Part shown: one piece after another, positions 9,211-18,800 of the stretch | Position numbering within the stretch: the stretch's first letter is position 1 | Layout of the letters: each line of letters begins with the position of its first letter | DNA from: a virus | Lineage: Duplodnaviria; Heunggongvirae; Uroviricota; Caudoviricetes | Strand: one strand, 5' to 3' | DNA: 64,000 nt | Virus record (IMG/VR): IMGVR_UViG_3300043470_002422 | The notes under the pieces: model-generated | What the model was told of the DNA's origin: nothing | What the model saw: the letters and a program-made list of their open reading frames with translations, nothing else | Databases searched by the model: none | Program-made: the position numbers and the translations under genes

Positions 9211-9252
9211 ATGAAGCACATAAAACTATTTGAAGACTACTCAGACGAAGAT
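9211..9252 (+). repeat. 42-nt exact direct repeat (second copy at 9786-9827)
   Basis: atgaagcacataaaactatttgaagactactcagacgaaga is identical at both positions. Confidence 0.8.
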
Positions 9253-9789
9253 TTAGCAGGACTAATGTCCGATCTAGATGGGGTTGGTCTTATGAATAAA
9301 GTAATTGTTAGCTTCGGGGAAAAAATTCCAATTCCTCAAGAGGTGACCCATCCATCTTGGTGGGCAGAGCCTTGGGGGAAATTTGCCATCGTGGAGATTT
9401 ACACTCCAGAGAAAGGTCCAAAGGCAGAACAACTGGCTTTCGAAAAAATTAAAAAGGGAGACTTCACTCAAGATTTATCGAAATTAGATACTGATGCTTA
9501 CAAGAACAGAATTTCCAACATTCTGAAGTTTTTTAGTTCGGAGAGAATTCAGAAGGAAGCTCAAGAATCTCGGGACGTGGTGGAATTCAAAACTCGAATT
9601 CACGAAAAGTCGGGACAGATCCTATTTAACGAATGGGAAGGTATAGTCGAGAAATATCTCGAAGGAAAATCTGAAGATTATGCGAAAGAATTTTTCAACA
9701 CGCTTTGGAAATCCACCCCCAAATCAGCCAAGCAAGAGATTGCCGGATCCACAGCAATAAAAGTTTTGCAAACCGAAGTAAATAAATGA
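9211..9789 (+). CDS. CTS-like-leader family protein, N-terminal MKHIKLFEDYSDE...SDLDGVGL
   Basis: Leader plus the DLxxVGL motif within the first 27 aa. Paralog of the next gene. Confidence 0.6.
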   Translation: MKHIKLFEDYSDEDLAGLMSDLDGVGLMNKVIVSFGEKIPIPQEVTHPSWWAEPWGKFAIVEIYTPEKGPKAEQLAFEKIKKGDFTQDLSKLDTDAYKNRISNILKFFSSERIQKEAQESRDVVEFKTRIHEKSGQILFNEWEGIVEKYLEGKSEDYAKEFFNTLWKSTPKSAKQEIAGSTAIKVLQTEVNK

Positions 9790-10358
9790 AGCACATAAAA
9801 CTATTTGAAGACTACTCAGACGAAGAAATCAAGTCCCTCATGGGGGACCTTGCCGAGGTTGGTCTGGGAAAGAAATGGAGGGTTGTTGGATCAATATCCA
9901 CAGTTACCCCAGAAGTCAACTACTATAGAAACTGGGAAGAACAAGTCCATGAGGTTTTCATTGTGGAAGTTGCTGCAGATTCAGAGAAGACGGCATATTT
10001 AGAGGCCTTTGAAAAACTTAAATCTGGAGACTTCACTCAGAAACTTTCAGATGAAATGGAAAAATGGAATAACGTTCTGAATAAAATTCCAGAGGTGGGA
10101 AAAATTCTTTCCAAAGACAACATCATCAAAGCTGCTAATGGAAAGGCAAATCAGCAGCCAATGGAGAGGAAGGACATTACAGGAAATCCAATCTATGACG
10201 GAAAAATTAGATGGGTCATGACTGTTGATCTTGTGGGTCCGACTGAAGAGGCAATTCTAAATAAGATAAAGTCCATGACAGGAGGTGTTGTTAGCCCAGA
10301 GATGGAGGAATTTGTTAACGAAAATGTGGGTTGGAACTTAAGAGCAGAAGAAATATGA
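9786..10358 (+). CDS. CTS-like-leader family protein, tandem paralog
   Basis: MKHIKLFEDYSDEEIKSLMGDLAEVGL. Shares AFEKxKxGDFTQ with the upstream gene. The ATGA start and stop overlap. Confidence 0.6.
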   Translation: MKHIKLFEDYSDEEIKSLMGDLAEVGLGKKWRVVGSISTVTPEVNYYRNWEEQVHEVFIVEVAADSEKTAYLEAFEKLKSGDFTQKLSDEMEKWNNVLNKIPEVGKILSKDNIIKAANGKANQQPMERKDITGNPIYDGKIRWVMTVDLVGPTEEAILNKIKSMTGGVVSPEMEEFVNENVGWNLRAEEI

Positions 10359-10426
10359 GACGCTTAAAGTCATATAAAATATTCGAGGCTAATAAGCCTA
10401 CAAGTCTATAACAATCGAAATTTATT

Positions 10427-10442
10427 TACCGTATCTTTCTAT
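10427..10442 (+). promoter_or_regulatory. Class A variant TACCGTATCTTTCTAT
   Basis: Upstream of ATG 10451. Confidence 0.45.
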
Positions 10443-10450
10443 AACATAAT

Positions 10451-11110
10451 ATGGAAGATCAAGAATTGTGGGATCTCATGGGAGACCTTGAAGACGTTGG
10501 GCTTGGAGATAGTATCACCAAGGCTTATTCGATTACGGGATTTTATGAAGATGGGGAAGAGCATCTCGACAACGACATTTTGACTGCTAATATCTTGAAT
10601 GCTTTTATTGAAGTCAATGAATCAGATGGGGCTGATTTATTTCTTGACAAACTAGACGAGCCAAAATCTCCTCATATGGACCCTTTAGTTTCCTCCTGGT
10701 TTGGTGACAACTACCTTATAATCAAAGGAAACTTCACCAGGGTTAGATCAGTCGAAGAAAGGCTAAGAAAAGAGTTTGTAATCGAAAAAGAGGTTGAGCT
10801 TAAAGACTATAAAAAATTAGAGCTTAGTGGAAGTTCCGGATCTTACGGTGCGACTGGAATTTCAGGAACTCCTGGAATTTCAGGAACGACTGGATATGCT
10901 GGAACTACCACGGTTGTATATTCTTCCCCAGGATTGAGCGGGTCTTGGTCCACCTCAGGAGTAACGGTTTCTGTCTCAACTCCAAAGATGATCCAAACTT
11001 CTGTCAAGATCGAAATGCCGATCAGGGAGCTAAAAGATCCACCAGAAGATGAGGTTGAGACCTACGGACATCCTCTTTGGGAAAAGATTAAAGGTAAACT
11101 AGGATTCTAA
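10451..11110 (+). CDS. protein with an N-terminal GDLEDVGL motif and a Gly/Ser/Thr collagen-like low-complexity stretch
   Basis: MEDQELWDLMGDLEDVGLGD, then GATGISGTPGISGTTGYAGTT. Confidence 0.55.
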   Translation: MEDQELWDLMGDLEDVGLGDSITKAYSITGFYEDGEEHLDNDILTANILNAFIEVNESDGADLFLDKLDEPKSPHMDPLVSSWFGDNYLIIKGNFTRVRSVEERLRKEFVIEKEVELKDYKKLELSGSSGSYGATGISGTPGISGTTGYAGTTTVVYSSPGLSGSWSTSGVTVSVSTPKMIQTSVKIEMPIRELKDPPEDEVETYGHPLWEKIKGKLGF

Positions 11111-11125
11111 ACCGTATATTCTAAT
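11111..11125 (+). promoter_or_regulatory. Class A motif ACCGTATATTCTAAT overlapping the start region
   Basis: Consensus copy. Confidence 0.55.
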
Positions 11126-11651
11126 GAATATGACAACTCAAGAATTTATAAAATTTTGCAAACATCAACACGATGTAGAATGCAACCAAAAGTATGGAAA
11201 GATCCATCCTTATTCCTTTCACCTTGATCTAGTAGCTACCCAAGCTAAAAAGTTCGAAGAACTCCTAGGTGATTTTGATCTAGACCTAGATAAAACAATT
11301 ATGGCATCATGCTACGGTCACGATCTGATCGAAGATGCCAGAGTTACCTACAACGATATCAAAGAAATGGTGGGAGAGAAGATCGCAGATATTATCTACT
11401 GTTGCACCGAAGAGAAAGGTAAAAACAGAGATCAAAGACACAGTGAGAAGTATTTTGCCGAACTGAAAGAAAACGAACTTGCAATCTTCGTTAAACTTTG
11501 CGACATCACTGCCAATGTTAAATATTCTCTTTTAACAGACTCTGGAATGTTTAAAAAATACAGAAAAGAATTTCCTAAAGTTAAAGAACATCTTTACGTA
11601 GAGAAATTCAAACCCCTGTTTGACCACCTAGAATCAATCCTTTCAATCTAA
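11124..11651 (+). CDS. HD-domain phosphohydrolase, small dNTPase-like
   Basis: H...HD...D spacing with FHLDLV and CYGHDLIEDARV. 175 aa. Confidence 0.55.
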   Translation: MNMTTQEFIKFCKHQHDVECNQKYGKIHPYSFHLDLVATQAKKFEELLGDFDLDLDKTIMASCYGHDLIEDARVTYNDIKEMVGEKIADIIYCCTEEKGKNRDQRHSEKYFAELKENELAIFVKLCDITANVKYSLLTDSGMFKKYRKEFPKVKEHLYVEKFKPLFDHLESILSI

Positions 11652-11655
11652 TCAT

Positions 11656-12027
11656 ATGAACCAAGAATTTTTATGGCTATTTATTCTGTTGATCCACTTC
11701 TTAGGAGACTTTGGACTTCAGACTCACGATCAAGCAACTAATAAATCCTCTAGTGACAAATGGCTATTTTACCACGTTGGAGTTTACTCTATCATCTGGT
11801 TCCTTGCAACCTGGATTTGGTTCGGAGCTGCAGATAAAGCATTTGCTTTTGCCATCACAACTTTCGTCTTTCACTTTCTAACAGACTTTGCAACCTCTAG
11901 GATAGGTAAGCCTTTCTGGGAGAACAAGGACTTTCACAATGGATTTGTAGTGGTTGGATTCGATCAAATTCTACACTACATTCAGCTTTATTTAACTTTT
12001 TCCCTTATTTCATCTCAAATGATCTAA
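11656..12027 (+). CDS. multi-pass membrane protein
   Basis: Three to four hydrophobic helices. Confidence 0.45.
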   Translation: MNQEFLWLFILLIHFLGDFGLQTHDQATNKSSSDKWLFYHVGVYSIIWFLATWIWFGAADKAFAFAITTFVFHFLTDFATSRIGKPFWENKDFHNGFVVVGFDQILHYIQLYLTFSLISSQMI

Positions 12028-12069
12028 CTCTGACCGTATATTCAATAAAATAACAATTAAAAAAATCAA

Positions 12070-12627
12070 ATGGAAACTAAAAAAATCATCAAGTATGCAG
12101 TAATGGGCATCATCGGACTTTTTGTATTTGGTATCTTTACCAGCATCATTTCAACCTCAAACCAAGAGGTGGATTTGAGAAACAGATTCAAACAAAAGAT
12201 GGACGAGAGAACAGCATTCTACGACAAAATGTGGAAAACTATTTCCCAGAAATCTCAAGTTGCTCTTCGAAATGACAGCTCATTTGCAAACAACGTGAAT
12301 GCAATCATGGCAGGAAGAAAGGACGCACAAGGGCTATTTATGAAATGGGTTCAGGAATCAAATCCGAATGCGAACTATGAAACCGTATCCTCTTTGTATG
12401 CCGATCTAAGCCGAACTATTGAAGGCCAGAGAGATGGATTCTTCATGGAAGAAAAAATGATCCAGTCGATAGTGCTAGAACATGATAACATCATGGGTAA
12501 ATTTCCTTCAGGGGTTATTCTTTCAACCTTCATGGGCAGAACTAAGCTAGTCTACAAACCTATAACTTCAGATGTTACCGACGAGGTCATCAAGACAGGT
12601 AAAGACAACAACACGAAAGTGTTCTAA
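12070..12627 (+). CDS. membrane-anchored hypothetical protein
   Basis: Class A motif at 12032-12046. N-terminal TM segment. Confidence 0.5.
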   Translation: METKKIIKYAVMGIIGLFVFGIFTSIISTSNQEVDLRNRFKQKMDERTAFYDKMWKTISQKSQVALRNDSSFANNVNAIMAGRKDAQGLFMKWVQESNPNANYETVSSLYADLSRTIEGQRDGFFMEEKMIQSIVLEHDNIMGKFPSGVILSTFMGRTKLVYKPITSDVTDEVIKTGKDNNTKVF

Positions 12628-12652
12628 TTCAAGCAAAATTAAAAAAACAGAT

Positions 12653-13480
12653 ATGAAAAAACTATTAGTCGTTTTAATGGCACTATTCACAGTCTTAACA
12701 GCAAGTGCCAAGTGTGATTTTTCTAAAGTTAAAGTTCAACAATGGAATCAAGGAGTCTATTATAAATGGTACACTTCAGGATGGGAAGTAGATTCTTGTA
12801 AATCGATGACCTTTCTTCTATTTGATTACCAAACCCAAAAAACCGATACACTATTTAGCTTCAGGGGTATTGTTGAAATTGCCTTTAATGCACCAGGTTC
12901 TTATAAACTTTACATTAAGCTATCTGACAGATGCAATAAATGTGATACCGCGATTTATCGAATTGTAGAAATTCAAAGATGGTACCCTAAAGCAATGTAT
13001 ACTGATAAGTTTATTACCTGTGATAGCTTAGTCGGCGAAATGGGAATTATATCTAACATTAAAGACACCTGCTACAGCTATTATTACACCATATATAGTG
13101 GAAATGAGTTAGACGAATTGACTAAGAATGATTGGGGAGCTATGAAAGATCGAGATTTGATCGATTATTATTCTTTTTCACTTGATGACATTCGATATTC
13201 TTCTTCCAATTCTAGAAGGATTAATTATAAATTCCCCAACGAAGGAAGATTTTTGATGGTAACCCAGTACTATAATAAATGTAATAACCAAGATACTTTC
13301 TTTCTAAGAAGATATAATATTGACTGCAGTACAACAGGGATTACATCCATCACTAAACAGGAACCTAAACTAATAGGTATGTTTGATGTCTTGGGAAGAC
13401 CGGTTACGTACGTTCGAGAAAATGAACTTGTAATCTACCTCTACAGTGACGGTACATACAAAAAAATAATTAGGAACTAA
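12653..13480 (+). CDS. secreted Cys-rich protein with a T9SS (Por_Secre_tail-like) C-terminal domain
   Basis: Probable start MKKLLVVLMALFTVLTASA (signal peptide). C-terminus ...PVTYVRENELVIYLYSDGTYKKIIRN is typical of the T9SS type A CTD. Confidence 0.5.
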   Translation: MKKLLVVLMALFTVLTASAKCDFSKVKVQQWNQGVYYKWYTSGWEVDSCKSMTFLLFDYQTQKTDTLFSFRGIVEIAFNAPGSYKLYIKLSDRCNKCDTAIYRIVEIQRWYPKAMYTDKFITCDSLVGEMGIISNIKDTCYSYYYTIYSGNELDELTKNDWGAMKDRDLIDYYSFSLDDIRYSSSNSRRINYKFPNEGRFLMVTQYYNKCNNQDTFFLRRYNIDCSTTGITSITKQEPKLIGMFDVLGRPVTYVRENELVIYLYSDGTYKKIIRN

Positions 13481-13499
13481 ATTTAAATTTAAACTTTAA

Positions 13500-13528
13500 A
13501 GGTCGCTAAATTTTAGCGACCTTTTTTG
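13500..13528 (+). terminator. Rho-independent terminator
   Basis: GGTCGCTAAA / TTTAGCGACC 10-bp stem followed by TTTTTTG. Confidence 0.7.
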
Positions 13529-13543
13529 TGTTTATTATTTACT

Positions 13544-13559
13544 GACCGTATATTTACTA
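13544..13559 (+). promoter_or_regulatory. Class A variant GACCGTATATTTACTA
   Basis: Upstream of ATG 13577. Confidence 0.5.
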
Positions 13560-13576
13560 AATAATAAATCAAAAAT

Positions 13577-14785
13577 ATGTTAATCTGGCTTTGTCTACTA
13601 ATTCCTCTCATTGGAGCAATCGTTCTTCTTAAATGGTACAAACACACCCTAGTCTGGTGGGAAGTTCTAGTCCCTCTAGTTTCCTGCTTCTTCTTTATCC
13701 TAATCTTCAAATTCACAGTTGAAAAGATTCAAACCAGCGACACCGAGTATAAAGGTGCTCTCATAGTTGAAGCTAGATACTACGAGTACTGGGAAACTTA
13801 TGTTAGAAAAACCTGTTATAGAACTCATAAAGTAGGGAAGACAACTATTACAACTTCCTATGATTGTTCTTATTGCGATCACAATCCGGAACACTGGACG
13901 ATGATAAATTCTTTGGGACAAGAATTCTCTATTACCAAGGAACACTACGAAAAATTAAGAAAGCTCTGGAATTCTACCCCTCAATTTTTAGAATTGAACC
14001 GTAGTATAAACCACAGCTTCTTTGGATGCGGTAAGGATGGAGATGCATACGTAATCAAATGGAATTTAAATCCTTTGACCTCCAGATCTACCACGGAATC
14101 AAACACCTACGACAATAGGGTTCAAGCTGCACATTCTGCTTTTGATTTCTTAGAAGTATCTGAGGAAGATGTAAAAAGATATAAACTATTCGAATATCCA
14201 GAAATTAAAGGTTACACCCAAGAGAATGTATTAGGTCTAGATTCTATGCCCTATATTCCAAAAAGTAAAATTGACACTTTCAAAATTTTAGCTCATTATT
14301 TGAATGGAAAGCTAGGTCCAGAAAAACACGCCAGAATTTATTTCCTCTTCTTTGAGGCTAAAGATCAGCTAACAGCATCCATGCAAGAGGCTTACTGGGA
14401 CGGAGGTAATGATAACGAATTGGTTATCTGCATAGGAATAGATCCGAAGACTCAGAACCTAAACTGGGTAAAACCCTTCTCCTGGACTCCTAATCGACAA
14501 GTGATACCGGAAATCCGAGAGGAGATTATGGAAGTAGGTAAATTTGATCCGGTAGCAATTTCTAACCGAGTGGAGGGTGTGGTTAGATCCAAATACAAAA
14601 GAAAAGACTTTAGAGAATTCTCTTATCTGACAGTAGATCCTCCAGCTTGGTCTATCTGGGTTACCGCAATTCTTACCGCAATTATTACCTTCTTATTATC
14701 CAGATGGGCGGCAATCAACGATATAGGTAACGATGGAGATATGTCAGGAGACTTTTTTAGCAGAAAGAGAACTTACAGATGGTAA
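13577..14785 (+). CDS. membrane protein (TM helices at both termini)
   Basis: Hydrophobic N- and C-terminal segments. Confidence 0.5.
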   Translation: MLIWLCLLIPLIGAIVLLKWYKHTLVWWEVLVPLVSCFFFILIFKFTVEKIQTSDTEYKGALIVEARYYEYWETYVRKTCYRTHKVGKTTITTSYDCSYCDHNPEHWTMINSLGQEFSITKEHYEKLRKLWNSTPQFLELNRSINHSFFGCGKDGDAYVIKWNLNPLTSRSTTESNTYDNRVQAAHSAFDFLEVSEEDVKRYKLFEYPEIKGYTQENVLGLDSMPYIPKSKIDTFKILAHYLNGKLGPEKHARIYFLFFEAKDQLTASMQEAYWDGGNDNELVICIGIDPKTQNLNWVKPFSWTPNRQVIPEIREEIMEVGKFDPVAISNRVEGVVRSKYKRKDFREFSYLTVDPPAWSIWVTAILTAIITFLLSRWAAINDIGNDGDMSGDFFSRKRTYRW

Positions 14786-14802
14786 TTAGACTATAATAAG
14801 AA

Positions 14803-15393
14803 ATGGCAACAATAAAAGATAAGTGGCACTGGAAATTACAAAGATGGGTTAAACACGATTTACCCTATCTGCATCTAGAATTTGCAAGGGGAATTAAAAA
14901 CCTATGGAGATGGTTTCCTGTCATTTGGAAAGACAGAGATTGGGACGATCACTACATCTTTGAAATCCTGAAGACCAAGTTGAAGAACCAAGCAGAGTAC
15001 ATCGGAACTAGAAACATTCACACTAGAGCAAAGAGAGATTCTGAGATAATGCTTCTTTGTGCTAGATTGACGGAAAAGGTTCAGGAAGAATTTTATTCAA
15101 TGGAATACATGGACTACCACGAGTCAAGATACAATTGGATCGACTCTGAAGATTTTCCAGATTCCAAACAATTAGAAATAGAGGAAATTTCTGAGAACTA
15201 TGACGAGTATCTTGCAAAACACAAATTGGCAGTAAAAAGAGTTATCTCTGATCCTAAGCATCAAATTTTCAAATTGACAGAGGATGACTATAAACAAAGA
15301 CTAGCGATGAACGTCTCCCATTATAATCACAAAAGAGCAAGAAAAATTCTTTTCGAATTAATGGAAAGAAATATTGAGGGCTGGTGGGATTGA
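14803..15393 (+). CDS. hypothetical protein
   Basis: ORF only. Confidence 0.45.
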   Translation: MATIKDKWHWKLQRWVKHDLPYLHLEFARGIKNLWRWFPVIWKDRDWDDHYIFEILKTKLKNQAEYIGTRNIHTRAKRDSEIMLLCARLTEKVQEEFYSMEYMDYHESRYNWIDSEDFPDSKQLEIEEISENYDEYLAKHKLAVKRVISDPKHQIFKLTEDDYKQRLAMNVSHYNHKRARKILFELMERNIEGWWD

Positions 15394-15813
15394 GCAGATT
15401 TCGTACCCTATATATGATATATAAATTGAATAATATTTACATATCAAGCCAAGAAAAAAACATCTACTCATTATATTTAAAAAACAACCTGCACAATTAC
15501 TAAAAAATTTTATATTGGGATTCTTTCTACATCTATTTTGGATGATGGATATTTAGGATCTGGAGTAAAATTAACCAGATCTGTTAAGAAATATGGAAAA
15601 TACAATCACATTAAAGAAATTCTAGAATACTTGAGTGATAGAGAGTCTTTATTATAATAAAAGAATTATTAGTAAACGAAGATCTAATAAATGATCCATT
15701 TTGTATGAATTTAATAGTAGGAGGAAATTTTTCGGGGCTCAATTATCGTAAAGAACACACCGAAAAAACTAAAAATAAAATTTCTTCTAAATAAAGGGAA
15801 AATAGAAAAAATT

Positions 15814-18800
15814 ATGGCTCAAAAGTATTTGAGCAAAGCTTTGGCTTTCGCTTTAACCTTGTTTGCAACACAAGGAAATCTTCATGCAGCATGCGGGAAT
15901 CTCACACCGAGTTTCAGTAATGCATCCAACAAAACCTGTGGTATACCTCAGGTAATTACACTTACCAATACTTCCACTGGAAACAGTCGAAATGTAGCCA
16001 CCTACAAGTGGTATGTGGGTACCACACTGCTGAGCACACAAGTTGGCAAATCCACCCAAAAATACACCATCAACACTGCAGGTAGCTATACCTTCAAGTT
16101 GGTGGCGATAGATACGGGTAAGGTGGGCTGTAAAGACAGCACAAGCACTACCATTACCATTTCGGCATCTGTTCCGAGAATTTTGGATGGCAATAGAGTA
16201 AATACCTATTCTCCCATTTGGGAAAATTGTATAAGTTCATTGGGGGTTCCTGACACCTTTGGTATAAATATCAAACCTCAGGATTCATTGCGAAATTACA
16301 CCATAGTTTGGGGGGATGGCACCGGTAATTCTACTGGCACTTTACTGCTTAGCAGCCAATCCCTCTACCATAAGTATAATTCACTAGGACAATTTACTTT
16401 ATTAATCATCGGAACAAAGGGAAGTTGCACTGATACCCTTCGAGGTGTGGTGTCGAATGAAAGAAATCCTGTGGCTGGAATTGTGGGTCCACCAACAGGA
16501 ACCAATGCAGGTTGTGTGCCCATTCGCATGCGTTTTATCAATAACTCTTCCTTAAGCTCACCTAGCACCACTTTTACCTGGGATTTTGGCAATGGCGAAA
16601 CCATAGTAAGGGGATTCAATACCCACAAAGACACTTTATTTTATACCTATAAGCGCTTTTTGTGTAATGGCATCGTGAAACTTACTCAAACCAATAATTG
16701 TGGTTCGAGTTTTGCCACCTGGAACCCAATCATGGCTTCCTCTAAGGATACTGCCATTATTGCGCCGACCAATCCGACCAACTGCGATCTTGCTGTACCT
16801 TTTACGTTTAACAATACCTCTCAAAATCGTTTTTGTAGCACGCCAAACAATAAGAAATACCTCTGGGTTTGGGGCGACGGAACCAATTCTGGTTGGAGTA
16901 CTTCTTCTGCTTCGCAGTCTAAAACCTACAGCAAGCGCGGTGTGTACCAGGTCTTGCTGATTGATTCAAATGGCTGCGGTAAAGATACTGCAAGGTATAC
17001 CTTGCGTATCGATAGCATGCCTACCATTTCTGCAGGCCCAGCGTCGGCTGCAGGATGCTCACCTTTGGTGGTAAACTTCAGAGACAACAGCATAAATGCA
17101 ACTTCTAGAAATTGGGATTTTGGATATGCAACACCAACAAGCAGTGCGCAAAACCCAACCCATACCTATCAAACAGGTGGTACATATAGAGCAGTGCTGA
17201 CAGTAGCCAACAATTGTGGATCATTAAAAGATACTGTCCTTATTACTGTCAAACAAAAAGTAAAGGCAAACTTCAATACACCGCTTACTGGCTGTGCTCC
17301 ATTAACACAGAAATGGACCAATACATCTGTCAAAGGATTGGCAGGAACCCCTACATATTTCTGGGATTTTGGGGACGGAACAACTTCTACCCAGGTGAAT
17401 CCTCCAGATAAAACTTACTCTACGTTAGGGACATATACCATTACACTCATTGCTACAGACTCATGCGGTAAGGATACCATTAAAAAGACGTTTACCGTCC
17501 GTGGTAAGCCCTCTGCTACAATTACTTTGTTATCTTCAAGCCGGTGTGTGGGCAGCACTTTAGATATTCGCTTTGTAACCTCACCCGTAAATACAGCTTC
17601 AGTTATCTGGGGTGATGGAACCAATGGCAGCAGTTATTTCGGATTGGGTGGTTCAGTTGACCGCACGGTTTCCAGAAAATACGACAGTCTGCGCACCTAC
17701 AGATTTGGGGTAGTTATGGTGGATCCAAGCGGTTGCCGAGACACCAATTACCTAAACATTGCAATGGATCCAAGGCCTACGATGAACTATACCTACACCA
17801 CAACCAATGGTTGTGGTCCTTTGGATGTTACATTTACCAATACCAGTGCGCACAATGGAGGGGGTAACATCAACCAAATGAAGTTCTTATGGAACTTTAG
17901 TAATGGTATATTGGCTTACAGCAAAGATACTGCAGCTAGGTTCTTGCCGTTTAAAACAAGAGACTCTATTTATCCCGTTAAATTAATTGGAACAAACGCC
18001 TTTGGCTGCAGAGATTCCATTACCAAAACGGTTCGAGTTTATCCAAAACCATTGAGTAAATTTAGTATTAGTGAAAAGGATGGTTGTGCACCTTTGGATA
18101 TTACTACTACGAACAATTCTACTCCATATGACACGGGTTCTATAAACATAATGAAGTTTATATGGGACTTTGGCAACGGCAGGAAAGCGTTTGGTAAAGA
18201 TACTGCTGCTCGATTCTTAGCCAGTAAAACAAAAGATACTGTGTATACTGTTAGTCTGATATCTATTTCTGAACATGGTTGCCGAGATACCAGTTCAACC
18301 ACAGTGCGTATTTATCCAAAACCTAAAGCCTTATTTACCAGAAGTAAAACTGAAGGTTGCAAACCACTCGGGGTTACCTATGTCAACCAAAGTGTACCCT
18401 ACGATACCGGCAATATATCAATAATGAGTTTTGCTTGGGATTTAGGAAATAGAATTACCTCATTCGCTACAGAACCTGTGGGTATCTATAATGATGCGAT
18501 AAACAAAGATACTACTTATAAGGTACGTTTGATTGCCACTAGTGAGCACGGATGCAAGGATACTGCAAATTCCACTGTACTGTTACATCCGAATCCGGTG
18601 ATTAAATTTGATATGAGCCGCACCAATGGCTGCGGTCCATTGCCTGTGAGCTTCTCGAACAAGAGCATCAACGGCGATGCATTTACTTGGGAGTTTGGCG
18701 TATATGGAACTGATACCGCAAAGAGTCCTAGTAAGGTATTCTATGGCCGCGATATTTTTGACTCAGTAGTAGTGGTGAAGCTTAGCGCGATGAGCAAATT

